Shown: positions 41,354 through 49,855 of the stretch, in pieces
How positions within the stretch are numbered: position 1 is the first letter of the stretch
Layout of the letters: every line of letters starts with the position of its first letter
DNA from: Anaerolineae bacterium
Lineage (GTDB): Bacteria > Chloroflexota > Anaerolineae > Epilineales > JAHCIE01
Assembly (NCBI GenBank): GCA_046328535.1
Contig: JAXLWJ010000010.1
Coordinates: 25,552-89,551 of the forward strand
Direction: 5' to 3'
Length of the DNA stretch: 64,000 nucleotides
Notes under the pieces: generated by a model
The model's input: the letters and a program-made list of their open reading frames with translations, nothing else
Told to the model about the DNA's origin: nothing
The model's database searches: none
Translations under genes and position numbers: made by a program

Positions 41354-43189
41354 ATGACTCGTCAGCTTGCCAACCTTACCGGCCGTCTCGCCTGGCTGGC
41401 TCTCGTCGCCCTCGCCCTCCTTGCCCCGTTCCAGCCCACCAAACCCCTGCTCCAGACCCGCTACTCCGACCTGCACACCGCGGCCGCGCTCGCCGCGCTC
41501 GCCGTCGGCCTGTGGCTCGCCCACCTGATCCTCGCGCGCCGCCCGCCGCGTCTGTCCACCCCTGTGATCCTCGCCCTCGCCGTGTTCCTCGTCGTCGCCG
41601 ACCTATCCACCCTGTTCGCGCCGAGCAACCGCCTGGACGCGGCCAAGTTCGCCGTCGGCCTGGCCCTCGGCGCCGCCGTGGGCGCGGCCGTCACCGATCT
41701 GGCGGTCGAACCGCGCCGTCGCGCGCAGCTTGCCCTGGGACTCATCGCCGGCGCCGCCGTCGTCGCCGCGTTGGGGCTAGGGGAGTACGCCGGGCCTGGG
41801 CCTGTCGCGCGCTTCCTGACGCAGTTTCGCCCATCGTCCTCGCACGTCGGCGATGTTGTGCGCGTCAGCTCGACCTTCATCTACCCCACCATCACGTCAA
41901 TGTACCTGGAGCTGGCTTTGCCGTTTGTCCTGGCTGGCATCTGGCTGGCGCGGCGCGCGCGGCGGCGCGGCGCCGCCATCGTTCTCATGCTCGTCTTCGC
42001 GCTCATCGCCGAGGCCATCATCATCACCTTCACGCGCACGGGCCTGCTCTCGACAGCCGTCGTCGTGATGTTCATGGCCGCAGCGCGGTGGTGGTACGAG
42101 CGCCGCGTCGGCGCGTGGCAAGTCGCGCTGGCCGCGATGACCGTCGCCGTTCTGCTAGGCGCAACGACGTTCGTGACGCCGGCGCTCGCCCTCCGCCTGC
42201 GGACGGAAAACGACCGCGCGTGGTATGGCGCGGAGTACATCGCCGACCCGCTGCCGCCGCTGGCCGCCGGCGAGCAGGCGACGGTGAGCGTGCGTGTCGT
42301 GAATACGGGGGAGATGGCCTGGCAGCCTACGCCGGGGCGAGCGTTCAGCGTGTCGTATCACTGGCTGGCCCACAACGAGGACTCCGTCGCGGAGTGGGAC
42401 GGCGCGCGCGCGCCCATTGCCCAGGTCGTGGCGCCGGGCGAGGCGGTGACAGTCACCCTGCCTGTCGTCGCGCCACGCCAGGCGGGGCCATTTCGCCTGG
42501 CGTACGACATGGTGCAGGACAACGTGACGTGGTTCAGCGCGAAAGCTGTTCCGATGGGGATCGTCCCGGTCGTTATCGCGCCGCGCCGGGCCGCCCCTGC
42601 CGTCCAGCCCGCGCCCATCCGCCTCGCGCCGATGCCGCAGGCCAGCGCCGTTGACCTGTCGCCCGGCCGGCGCACTCTGTGGGCCGTGGCGCTGACAATG
42701 GTGCGCGATCGGCCGCTCCTCGGCGTCGGCCCGGACAACTTCCGCTTTGCCTATGGCCGCTACACGGGGCAGACCGTCTGGGATAGTGGGCTGCACACCA
42801 ACAATATGTACATCGAGATGTTCGCGGACACCGGCGTGCTTGGCGGCCTCCTGTTCCTGGTGTTCAACATCGCCGTTATCGGGACGGCCATCCAGGGTCT
42901 ACGAATGGTAGGGCGAGCGGGGGCCGCGAATGAAGACTCTATCGTGCCACAAGCCGCGGCTCTTTCGAGCGATGCGGCGTTCGCCGTGGCGGCGGCGGCG
43001 GCGGCCGGCCTGATCGCCTGGGCCATCCACGGTTTCGTGGACTACTTCTACGAGTTCCTGCCGCTGGTTTTCATCTACTGGATCATCATCGGGCTGGCCG
43101 CAAGCGGCGCCGTACACGCGCTCAATGGAACCGCTGCGCCTCTCGGCGAGCCATCCGACTCTGCCGCGCCGCCCACCGCCGATGCCTAG
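41354..43189 (+). CDS. O-antigen ligase/polymerase-like (Wzy_C) polytopic membrane protein with inserted beta-sandwich domain
   Basis: Many hydrophobic spans. Motifs ITFTRTGLLS, RTLWAVALTMVRDRPLLGVGPDNF and HTNNMYIEMFADTGVLG. A ~110-aa soluble insert (GEQATVSVRVVNTGEMAW...FRLAYDMVQDNVTWF) sits in a loop. Confidence 0.75.
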   Translation: MTRQLANLTGRLAWLALVALALLAPFQPTKPLLQTRYSDLHTAAALAALAVGLWLAHLILARRPPRLSTPVILALAVFLVVADLSTLFAPSNRLDAAKFAVGLALGAAVGAAVTDLAVEPRRRAQLALGLIAGAAVVAALGLGEYAGPGPVARFLTQFRPSSSHVGDVVRVSSTFIYPTITSMYLELALPFVLAGIWLARRARRRGAAIVLMLVFALIAEAIIITFTRTGLLSTAVVVMFMAAARWWYERRVGAWQVALAAMTVAVLLGATTFVTPALALRLRTENDRAWYGAEYIADPLPPLAAGEQATVSVRVVNTGEMAWQPTPGRAFSVSYHWLAHNEDSVAEWDGARAPIAQVVAPGEAVTVTLPVVAPRQAGPFRLAYDMVQDNVTWFSAKAVPMGIVPVVIAPRRAAPAVQPAPIRLAPMPQASAVDLSPGRRTLWAVALTMVRDRPLLGVGPDNFRFAYGRYTGQTVWDSGLHTNNMYIEMFADTGVLGGLLFLVFNIAVIGTAIQGLRMVGRAGAANEDSIVPQAAALSSDAAFAVAAAAAAGLIAWAIHGFVDYFYEFLPLVFIYWIIIGLAASGAVHALNGTAAPLGEPSDSAAPPTADA

Positions 43190-45098
43190 CCCTCATGGCG
43201 CGGGAGCAGGCGATTGGTCCGCCCGCCTCGACGTGGGCCTACTCGTCCTCCTGCTCGCCACATTGTTCCTCCTCCCCTTCGAGCAGCCAGCACCGCTGCT
43301 GGCGCTGGGCGGCATCGTCGTCACCAACCTGGAAGCGCTGCTGTTTCTCGCGCTCGCTGTCTGGCTGTGCCGCGTGGCCTTGCGGCCCGATACTCTTCGG
43401 CCGCCGTTCTTCGCCTGGCCGGCGGCCGCCATCGTTCTCTCCGCCTGCCTCTCCGCGCTATTCGCAGTCTCCTTCCAGATCAGCGCCCTGAAGGTGGCGG
43501 CGCGCTGGAGCCTCGGCGTCGTGTTCGCCGTCGCCCTCGCTGATACCCTGCGCCGCACGCGCCGCGACCGCTTCGCCTTCGCCGCCATCGTTCTCGGCGC
43601 GACCACGGCGGCGGGGCTTGGCCTGCTGGAGATGGGGGGCAGTTCGTGGGCCGCCGGTTTCCTGGCCCTGTTCAGGGACGCGCCCGCGCAACTCGGCCCG
43701 ACAGCTCGCTTGAGCGCCGCCTTCGGCTCCGCCAACGCGGCGGCCATGCTGTTGGAGACTGCGCTCTGCCTGGCGGTCGGCCTGGCGCTCGATGCGGCCC
43801 ACCGGCGCCGGCGTCACGCCCAGGCAGTCTGGGCCGCCTGCCTCGTCGCGCTTGCCGCCGCTCTCGCGCTGACCTACAGCCGGGGCGGCATCGTCGCAGG
43901 CGCGGTGGGGCTGATGGTCGCGCTCGTCCTGGCTATTCCGCACAGGAAGCAGCTGAATGGGCGCCGACTCGGCTGGACTGTCCTGGCAATGGCGGCTGTT
44001 GTCGTCGCCGTCCTGGCGCTCAACCCTGTCCTCCGCGCTCGCCTCGCCGTCTGGGATGGGCGCCCGCTCGACGCGGCGGTCGTCAGCGCGCCCCCGACCC
44101 TGTCGGCAGAAGCCGGGAGCGCCTTGCCTGTCTCGGTCAACGTGACGAACAGCGGCCGTCTCACCTGGCGAGCGAACGGCCCTGACAGCGTCGCCCTGGG
44201 CTACCACTGGTTGACCGAGGACGGGCAGGGCGTCGCCGAGTGGGACAACGCCCGACTACCGCTGCCCGCCGATGTGCCGCCCGGCGGCGCCGTGACGCTG
44301 GCGGCGGCGCTCGTCGCGCCCCCAGCGGGCCGCTATGCCCTGGCGTGGGACGTGGTCCACGCGCCGAATGAGTGGCTGGGGAGCCGTGAGGCGATGCCCG
44401 GCTGGAGCGCCGTCGTCACCACCGGCGCAGGCGGGACGCCCTTCCCCCCGTCTAGCCGCGGCCGAGCGCCCGCGCTCCCACCGGACCGGGGGCAGTTGTG
44501 GCGGGCGGCGCTCCAGATGGCGCGGGAGCATCCCATCCTGGGCGTCGGCCCGAGCAACTTCCGCCGCCTCTACGGGACGTATCTGGGCCTGGCGACCTGG
44601 GATGATCGGATTCTAGCTAATAACCTGTACCTGGAACTCCTGGCCGATGTCGGCGTGGTGGGGCTGCTCGCCTGGGGTTGGCTGTTCGCGAGCGCTGCCG
44701 CGCATCTGTGGCGCGCTTTGCCGTCGCCCCGCTTGCCTGCCCCGCTCGCCCGCGGGGTTGAAGGACGGACAGATGCGAATTTGGGGCAATCTCCTCCCAT
44801 TTCTGGCCCCCTCTCCCCATGGGAGAGGGATGGGGTGAGGGTCTTGAAATCTAGCGAGCGGATTAAGACCCTCACCCAACCTCTCCCAAAGGGAGAGGGG
44901 GCAGATCTGTCCGCCCTTGAACTCCGGGTGGGAGAGGAGTCGTGGCCGTTCGCCATTGCGCTGCTGGCGGCGTTCGCGGCGTGGCTGGTCCACGGGCTGA
45001 CCGACGTCGCGTTCGAGACCACGGGCATCTACCTCCTGCTGTGGGCGCTCGTCGGCCTCGCGGCGAGCCTGAACGCGGCCCCCGATGTCCAGCGTTAG
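43182..45098 (+). CDS. O-antigen ligase/polymerase-like membrane protein, paralogue 2
   Basis: Same architecture (TYSRGGIV, GQLWRAALQMAREHPILGVGPSNF, ANNLYLELLADVGVVG, insert ALPVSVNVTNSGRLTW...YALAWDVVHAPNEWL). ATG 43182 overlaps the upstream stop by 8 nt. Confidence 0.75.
   Translation: MPSPHGAGAGDWSARLDVGLLVLLLATLFLLPFEQPAPLLALGGIVVTNLEALLFLALAVWLCRVALRPDTLRPPFFAWPAAAIVLSACLSALFAVSFQISALKVAARWSLGVVFAVALADTLRRTRRDRFAFAAIVLGATTAAGLGLLEMGGSSWAAGFLALFRDAPAQLGPTARLSAAFGSANAAAMLLETALCLAVGLALDAAHRRRRHAQAVWAACLVALAAALALTYSRGGIVAGAVGLMVALVLAIPHRKQLNGRRLGWTVLAMAAVVVAVLALNPVLRARLAVWDGRPLDAAVVSAPPTLSAEAGSALPVSVNVTNSGRLTWRANGPDSVALGYHWLTEDGQGVAEWDNARLPLPADVPPGGAVTLAAALVAPPAGRYALAWDVVHAPNEWLGSREAMPGWSAVVTTGAGGTPFPPSSRGRAPALPPDRGQLWRAALQMAREHPILGVGPSNFRRLYGTYLGLATWDDRILANNLYLELLADVGVVGLLAWGWLFASAAAHLWRALPSPRLPAPLARGVEGRTDANLGQSPPISGPLSPWERDGVRVLKSSERIKTLTQPLPKGEGADLSALELRVGEESWPFAIALLAAFAAWLVHGLTDVAFETTGIYLLLWALVGLAASLNAAPDVQR
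44807..44901. mobile_element. Palindromic (MITE/REP-like) element inserted in frame within the paralogue-2 coding sequence
   Basis: Left arm ccccctctccccatgggagagggatggggtgagggtctt, right arm aagaccctcacccaacctctcccaaagggagaggggg. Translates to ...PLSPWERDGVRVLKSSERIKTLTQPLPKGEGA..., which has no counterpart in paralogue 1. Confidence 0.55.
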
Positions 45099-46407
45099 CC
45101 GGCCGCTGGCTGCCGCGCGCCGCGCCGCCGCCGACCCGATCACGCGGAGCTGGGCCATCGTCACGGCTGGCAGCGTGGCGCGGCTAGGGCTGGGGTTCGT
45201 GGCGAGCGTGCTCATCGCCCGCGAGCTGGGCGTGGGTGACTTCGGCGTGTATGTGAGCCTGGGGGCTGTCGCCAGCATTGTCGGCGCGGTGGCGGATTTT
45301 GGGTTGACGGAAGCGGCGGTCAAGCGCATCGCCGAGGTCTGGAGTGGGGACGAGACGGCGGCGCGGGAACGGGGGCAGGTGTTCTTCTGGGTGCGGCTGG
45401 CAGCAGCCGCTGGCGTTGCGCTGATGGGTGTCCTGCTCTTCCTCGCGTTCGCCGCCGTCGTTCCGGCCAACACGCTGCCCGTCCCCCTCGTCGCCCTGAC
45501 CCTCGGCGGTGTCGTGGCGGCGGCCTTGAGCGGCGCGGTGAGCGCGATGCTCCAGGCCATTGGGCGCTTCGGGCGGCTGTCGGCGGTCATGCTGGTGAAC
45601 TCAGGCGCGACCGCGCTGGCGGCCCTGGCGCTGGCGTATCTCGGTCGGCTGACGGTGGTCACGACCCTCGTCGTCCTCGGCATCGGCGCATCGTTCCTGA
45701 GCTTTGGCGTCGGCCGCTATCTCTTGCCGCGCGGCTGGACGCTGCGGCCGCCGACGCTGGCGCGGGTGAGGGATGAGACGCGGCGGCTGGCGCGTTTCGC
45801 CGGCTGGGTTGGCGCCGCCAACAGCCTGGCCATGCTGGCCGCCTACCTCGATGTCCTGCTGGTGGGGTGGTGGAGTGGCGCGACGAGCGCGGCGTTCTAC
45901 GGGCTGGCGCTCAACCTGGCGAACAAAGTAGACGTCGTCAATCAAAGTTTGCATGCGGTCACGCTACCCGCCGCCGCAGGCGTCTTCCAGGCCGACGCCC
46001 TGCTCGCCTATATCCGCCGCAGTCTGCTGCGGAGCGCCGCCATCAGTGTCATCCTGCTGCCCCTGTTCTGGCTGGCGGCGCCGTTCATCGGCTTCTTCTA
46101 CGGCGCGACCTACCTGCCGGCGGCGACGACGTTCGGCCTGCTGCTGGCCGTCGTCATCTTTGACATCTTCACCCAGCCGATGCTGCTGCTCGCCCTCCCC
46201 CTCAATGAGCCGCGACTGCTGGCCGCCGCCGATGCGGTGCGCGTCGTCGTCCTGGTGGCCGTCGGCGTATGGCTCATCCCGCTCTACGGCGCGAATGGCG
46301 CGGCGATCGCGCGCCTGATCGCCCGCTGCGTCGGTGTCGCGCTCGTCCTGGCGATCCTGGCCGTTCGCTATCGCCAGGGCGCGCTGCGCTTCGAGCGCCG
46401 GCCGTAG
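45085..46407 (+). CDS. Wzx-like oligosaccharide flippase (polysaccharide biosynthesis protein, MOP superfamily)
   Basis: 440 aa, polytopic. N-terminal GSVARLGLGFVASVLIARELGVGDFGVY pattern. 14-nt overlap with the upstream gene. Confidence 0.7.
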   Translation: MSSVSRPLAAARRAAADPITRSWAIVTAGSVARLGLGFVASVLIARELGVGDFGVYVSLGAVASIVGAVADFGLTEAAVKRIAEVWSGDETAARERGQVFFWVRLAAAAGVALMGVLLFLAFAAVVPANTLPVPLVALTLGGVVAAALSGAVSAMLQAIGRFGRLSAVMLVNSGATALAALALAYLGRLTVVTTLVVLGIGASFLSFGVGRYLLPRGWTLRPPTLARVRDETRRLARFAGWVGAANSLAMLAAYLDVLLVGWWSGATSAAFYGLALNLANKVDVVNQSLHAVTLPAAAGVFQADALLAYIRRSLLRSAAISVILLPLFWLAAPFIGFFYGATYLPAATTFGLLLAVVIFDIFTQPMLLLALPLNEPRLLAAADAVRVVVLVAVGVWLIPLYGANGAAIARLIARCVGVALVLAILAVRYRQGALRFERRP

Positions 46408-46408
46408 T

Positions 46409-46557
46409 GCAAGGACACCGGACCTGTTAGGCGACCCACGCCCGCCTGTCCGTCGAACGGGCAGGCTACGACGGGCAAGCCTGAGAGGCTCCCTCTCAGC
46501 CCCTCGGGCTTCCATCCAGTAGCGCGACGCTTCGAGCGTCGCGCGGGCGCACGATGC
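46409..46557 (+). repeat. ~150-nt multi-hairpin repeat element, copy 2
   Basis: Aligns with 35405-35563. Starts immediately after the stop of the upstream plus-strand gene, as copy 1 does. Confidence 0.8.
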
Positions 46558-46579
46558 CGAACATGTCTCTGACTATGCC

Positions 46580-47719
46580 CTAGCCTGTCATGCCCCCGTA
46601 CAACTCGCGCAGATCGGTGACGGTGCGTTCCAGGCTATAGCGCGTGTGAGTGGCGTTCAACGCGGCCTCGGCCGCACAAGACGACGCATCGTCGAGCGCC
46701 GCGCCGATGGCCTCGGCCAGACGTTGGGGATCGCCCGGCGGGGCGACATACGCGGGCGGCATGAGGTCTGGCAGGAGGCCGACCGCCGTGCCGGCGGTCC
46801 TACGGCCGCACGCCGCCGCCTCCAGCGTCACAAGCTCCTGGCCCTCGTGCCGCGACGAGAGGACGCACAGGTCGGCGGCGCGATACCACGCCGCCAGCGC
46901 CGCATGGGGAACAGCGCCGTGGAAGGTCACGCGCCCTCTCAGCCCTGGCTGGGCGGCGAGGGCGTCAAGCCCACCGCGCAGCGGCCCGTCGCCGACAATG
47001 TGCAGGTGGATGCCGGGCGCGTCGCGCTGGAGACGGGCCACGGCCGCCAGCAGCGTGGCCTGGTCCTTCACGGGAACCAGCGACGCCACGTGCAAGAGCG
47101 CTGGGTGGCCGTCAAGGGCAATCGCGCACCCGTCGCCGTCGCCGCGGGGGTGAAAGAGATCGGTGTTCACCCCCAGGGTGAGCGGGACGAGGCGGGGCGG
47201 CGGGACGCGCGGCGCGGCAAGGCGGCGCAGGTAGGACGAGCCAGCGGTGACGCGCCCGGCGCGGCGCAGGGTGACGCCAATCAGGGCGCGATTGATGGGG
47301 CTGAGTTGCGCGCCATAGCCGATGTCGCGCAGCCCCACCAGCTCGCCGCCAAGCAGCGACGCGAGGGCGGGGACGCTGAGCAGCCGGCCCGCTGCGACGG
47401 CGACAAAGCCAGGTTCGTCGGCCCACATCGCGTGCAGCGCGTCGAATGGGCGGCGACGATGTTCGGCGACGATGGCGGCCACGGCTCGCCGCAGCAGACC
47501 CAACCGCGCGGCGCCCCCGACAAGGCGGCCGCCCTGCGGGCGCACCTGGATGTCGCCGATGGCGTAGGACCGCCGGTGATGCGGGTAGCGCAGCGGGAAC
47601 ACGGTGACATCGGCCTCGGCCGCCAGCCGATGCGCCAGGTCGAGCTGCACCGGGATGCACCAGTCGTCCGCGGCGGCGCTGAAGCCGGGGATGACGATGC
47701 CAACCCGCCGCCGCGTCAC
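46580..47719 (-). CDS. GT4-family glycosyltransferase
   Basis: SRHEGQELVTLEAAACG (E-x7-E) motif. GTG 47719 forms a GTGA overlap with the upstream stop. Confidence 0.8.
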   Translation of the reverse strand: MTRRRVGIVIPGFSAAADDWCIPVQLDLAHRLAAEADVTVFPLRYPHHRRSYAIGDIQVRPQGGRLVGGAARLGLLRRAVAAIVAEHRRRPFDALHAMWADEPGFVAVAAGRLLSVPALASLLGGELVGLRDIGYGAQLSPINRALIGVTLRRAGRVTAGSSYLRRLAAPRVPPPRLVPLTLGVNTDLFHPRGDGDGCAIALDGHPALLHVASLVPVKDQATLLAAVARLQRDAPGIHLHIVGDGPLRGGLDALAAQPGLRGRVTFHGAVPHAALAAWYRAADLCVLSSRHEGQELVTLEAAACGRRTAGTAVGLLPDLMPPAYVAPPGDPQRLAEAIGAALDDASSCAAEAALNATHTRYSLERTVTDLRELYGGMTG

Positions 47720-48882
47720 GCCAGACTCTCGTAAAGCGCGGCGAGCTGCCGCGCCATCGCCGCAAAGCTCAAGGCGGCCTCGAAATGCTCCCGGACAGCG
47801 GCGGAGCGCGTGGGGATGTCGGCCGGACAGATGCGCAGAGCGCCCTCGGCCAGCGCGTCCGGTCGGCCGGGCGGGAAGAGCGCGCCGTGGCAGCCGCCGT
47901 CGGTCATGGCGCGGAAGGACGGGATATCCGTCACGACGGGGATAACGCCGCACGACATGGCCTCGAGCACGGCGCAGCCGCTGAACTCGCGGCGGCTGGC
48001 CTGGAGCAGAAAGTCCGCGCTATTGTAGATGTCGGGCATGCGCTCATACGGCGCAACGCCGCGAAAGTGGACATGCGCGCGCAGGCCGGGCCGCTGCTCG
48101 CAGAAGGCGCGCATCTGTGGCAGAAGCTCGTCGGTGAGGTAGTGCATGTACAGCTCGGCCTGCGGCCAGGCCGCGAGGATGCGCTCGAACCCCGCCAGCG
48201 CCGTCAGCGGGTCTTTGATGGGGGCGAGGCGGCCGACCCACAGGAACACCGGCTGGCCCGCCATGCCGGTGCGTTGGCGCGCCTCGCGCCGAGGCGCCGG
48301 CGCGAAGTCGCTGGACGTCTCCATCACCGCCACGACGCGCTCGTCCCCCGCCAGGACACCGGCCGCGATGAACGGCTGCGCGTGGGCGTGGGTGGTGAAG
48401 AGGAGGCGGGCGGCGCGGCGGACGTTGGCGCGCTGGAGGGCGCGCCCGACGCGGGAGGCGGCCGGGTAGCCGCCGTGGTAGTGGAGGACAATGGGCGGCG
48501 TCCGGCCGAGCGCGTGGCTGAGCAGGAACAGGTTGAGGTTCAGGCCGATGCCGTGGACGTGGACGATGTCCGGCTGAAGCGCCCGCACCGCTTCGACAGC
48601 GCGAAACGCCGGCTCGTACAACGCCGGGTCGCGCTGACGGAGGCGGCTCGCGATATCGGCCGCACCCCGCGCGATGCGGCCTGACGCCACAAAGTGATGC
48701 GTCACGCCGCCGTCCATGGTGCGGGCATCCGTCGGGTACAGATGCACAACATGGACATCGTACCCCAGCGCGGCCATCTCGCGGGGTAGGGCGCGGTGAA
48801 TGGGGACGCGCGCCAGGTACGCCGCCACGTCGCGCTCGGCGACGCGGTCGTCATAGTGCAGGACGGCGTAGCACACCCTCAT
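47716..48882 (-). CDS. GT4-family glycosyltransferase
   Basis: MRVCYAVLHY... start and REFSGCAVLEAMSCGVIPVVTD (E-x7-E) motif. ATGA overlap with the upstream stop. The longer 720-aa ORF is a frame artefact. Confidence 0.8.
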   Translation of the reverse strand: MRVCYAVLHYDDRVAERDVAAYLARVPIHRALPREMAALGYDVHVVHLYPTDARTMDGGVTHHFVASGRIARGAADIASRLRQRDPALYEPAFRAVEAVRALQPDIVHVHGIGLNLNLFLLSHALGRTPPIVLHYHGGYPAASRVGRALQRANVRRAARLLFTTHAHAQPFIAAGVLAGDERVVAVMETSSDFAPAPRREARQRTGMAGQPVFLWVGRLAPIKDPLTALAGFERILAAWPQAELYMHYLTDELLPQMRAFCEQRPGLRAHVHFRGVAPYERMPDIYNSADFLLQASRREFSGCAVLEAMSCGVIPVVTDIPSFRAMTDGGCHGALFPPGRPDALAEGALRICPADIPTRSAAVREHFEAALSFAAMARQLAALYESLA

Positions 48883-49700
48883 CGCCGCACCATGTCTAGC
48901 ACGAAGAAGCGCCCCCGGTCGAGCAGCGGTGGGTGAGCGGCGAACGGACGCTCCAGCGCGCCAAGCGCCTGCGGGATCGGAGGCGGGAGACCATGCAGGG
49001 TATGCGGCGGACGCAGCGCGCCGAGGCTGTAGGCGCGCTGAAGGCGGAAGTGCCGGGCGAAATAAGCGCCGAAGGCTTCGCGCGGCAAGTACAAGAAATG
49101 TGGGACGGGCTGGCCGCCAATCGTGTAGACGCGGCGGGATTGGCTGCCGAGCGTCCGCGCCGCCCGCCACCGCCCCCGCGCCGCGAGAGCCAGCCACTCC
49201 CACGCGCTGCGCCGGCTCAGCATATGGACGATGAGATGCCCGCCCGGCCGAAGCAGCCGCGCGGCGGCGCACGCGAACGCCGCCAGGTCCGGCAGCGTAT
49301 TGAGGCCGGCGAACGTCGAGACCACGCCGTCGAAGCGTGCGTCCGCCCGAATCGCCAGCGCCGCCGCGTCGCCGACGAGCGCCCGCACCCGCTCGCCGAC
49401 CCCCGCCCGCGCAGCTTTGTGGCGCAGCATCTGCGCCATGCCCGGCGAGATGTCCAGGGCTGTGACCTGCATGCCGTGTTGAGCCAGAAAGATGGCGTCC
49501 GTGCCTGTGCCGCACGTCACGTCCAGGATGTGGTCGCCCGGTTCGAAGACGGCGAGAACGTTGGCCCACAGGATGCGGCGCATCCAATCGTCGCCCTGGA
49601 CCTGGCTGTCGTAGTCGGCGGCAATGGAGTCGTAGGCTGCGGCCACCAGGTTGGCCGCCGGCGGTGACGACGGGTGAACATCTAGAATAACGTCGCGCAA
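48879..49700 (-). CDS. Class I SAM-dependent methyltransferase
   Basis: ILDVTCGTGTDAIFLA motif. Paralogue of the N-terminal domain of 52377-53957. Start is uncertain (TTG 49700 or a downstream in-frame GTG). Confidence 0.75.
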   Translation of the reverse strand: MRDVILDVHPSSPPAANLVAAAYDSIAADYDSQVQGDDWMRRILWANVLAVFEPGDHILDVTCGTGTDAIFLAQHGMQVTALDISPGMAQMLRHKAARAGVGERVRALVGDAAALAIRADARFDGVVSTFAGLNTLPDLAAFACAAARLLRPGGHLIVHMLSRRSAWEWLALAARGRWRAARTLGSQSRRVYTIGGQPVPHFLYLPREAFGAYFARHFRLQRAYSLGALRPPHTLHGLPPPIPQALGALERPFAAHPPLLDRGRFFVLDMVRR

Positions 49701-49725
49701 AGCTGCACCATGCCTTTAAGAGGCT

Positions 49726-49760
49726 GACCACGGAACAGAGGGAACACACGGACAGGGAAA
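49726..49760. repeat. Purine-rich repeat half-element (gaccacggaa... type)
   Basis: gaccacggaacagagggaacacacggacagggaaa shares the gaccacggaa lead with 3921-3965. Confidence 0.5.
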
Positions 49761-49784
49761 TGCGCGCTATGGCATTCCGCTGGC

Positions 49785-49839
49785 GGTGGAGAGCCAACTC
49801 CACCGCCCCTCGGCGGCGCTGGAGATGGCTCTCCAGCGC
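49785..49839 (+). repeat. Double-hairpin repeat element, copy B
   Basis: H1 ggtggagAGCCaactccacc at 49785-49804 and H2 gcgctggagaTGGCtctccagcgc at 49816-49839. Sits in the only sizeable gap of the minus-strand operon. Confidence 0.8.
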
Positions 49840-49855
49840 GAGCAGGATGCAGCAA

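Noticed and set aside
41257-42654. 465-aa Arg-rich plus-strand ORF
   Set aside because: Alternative frame of the O-antigen-ligase-like gene. The extreme Arg/Pro/Ala content is typical of an off-frame GC-rich translation.
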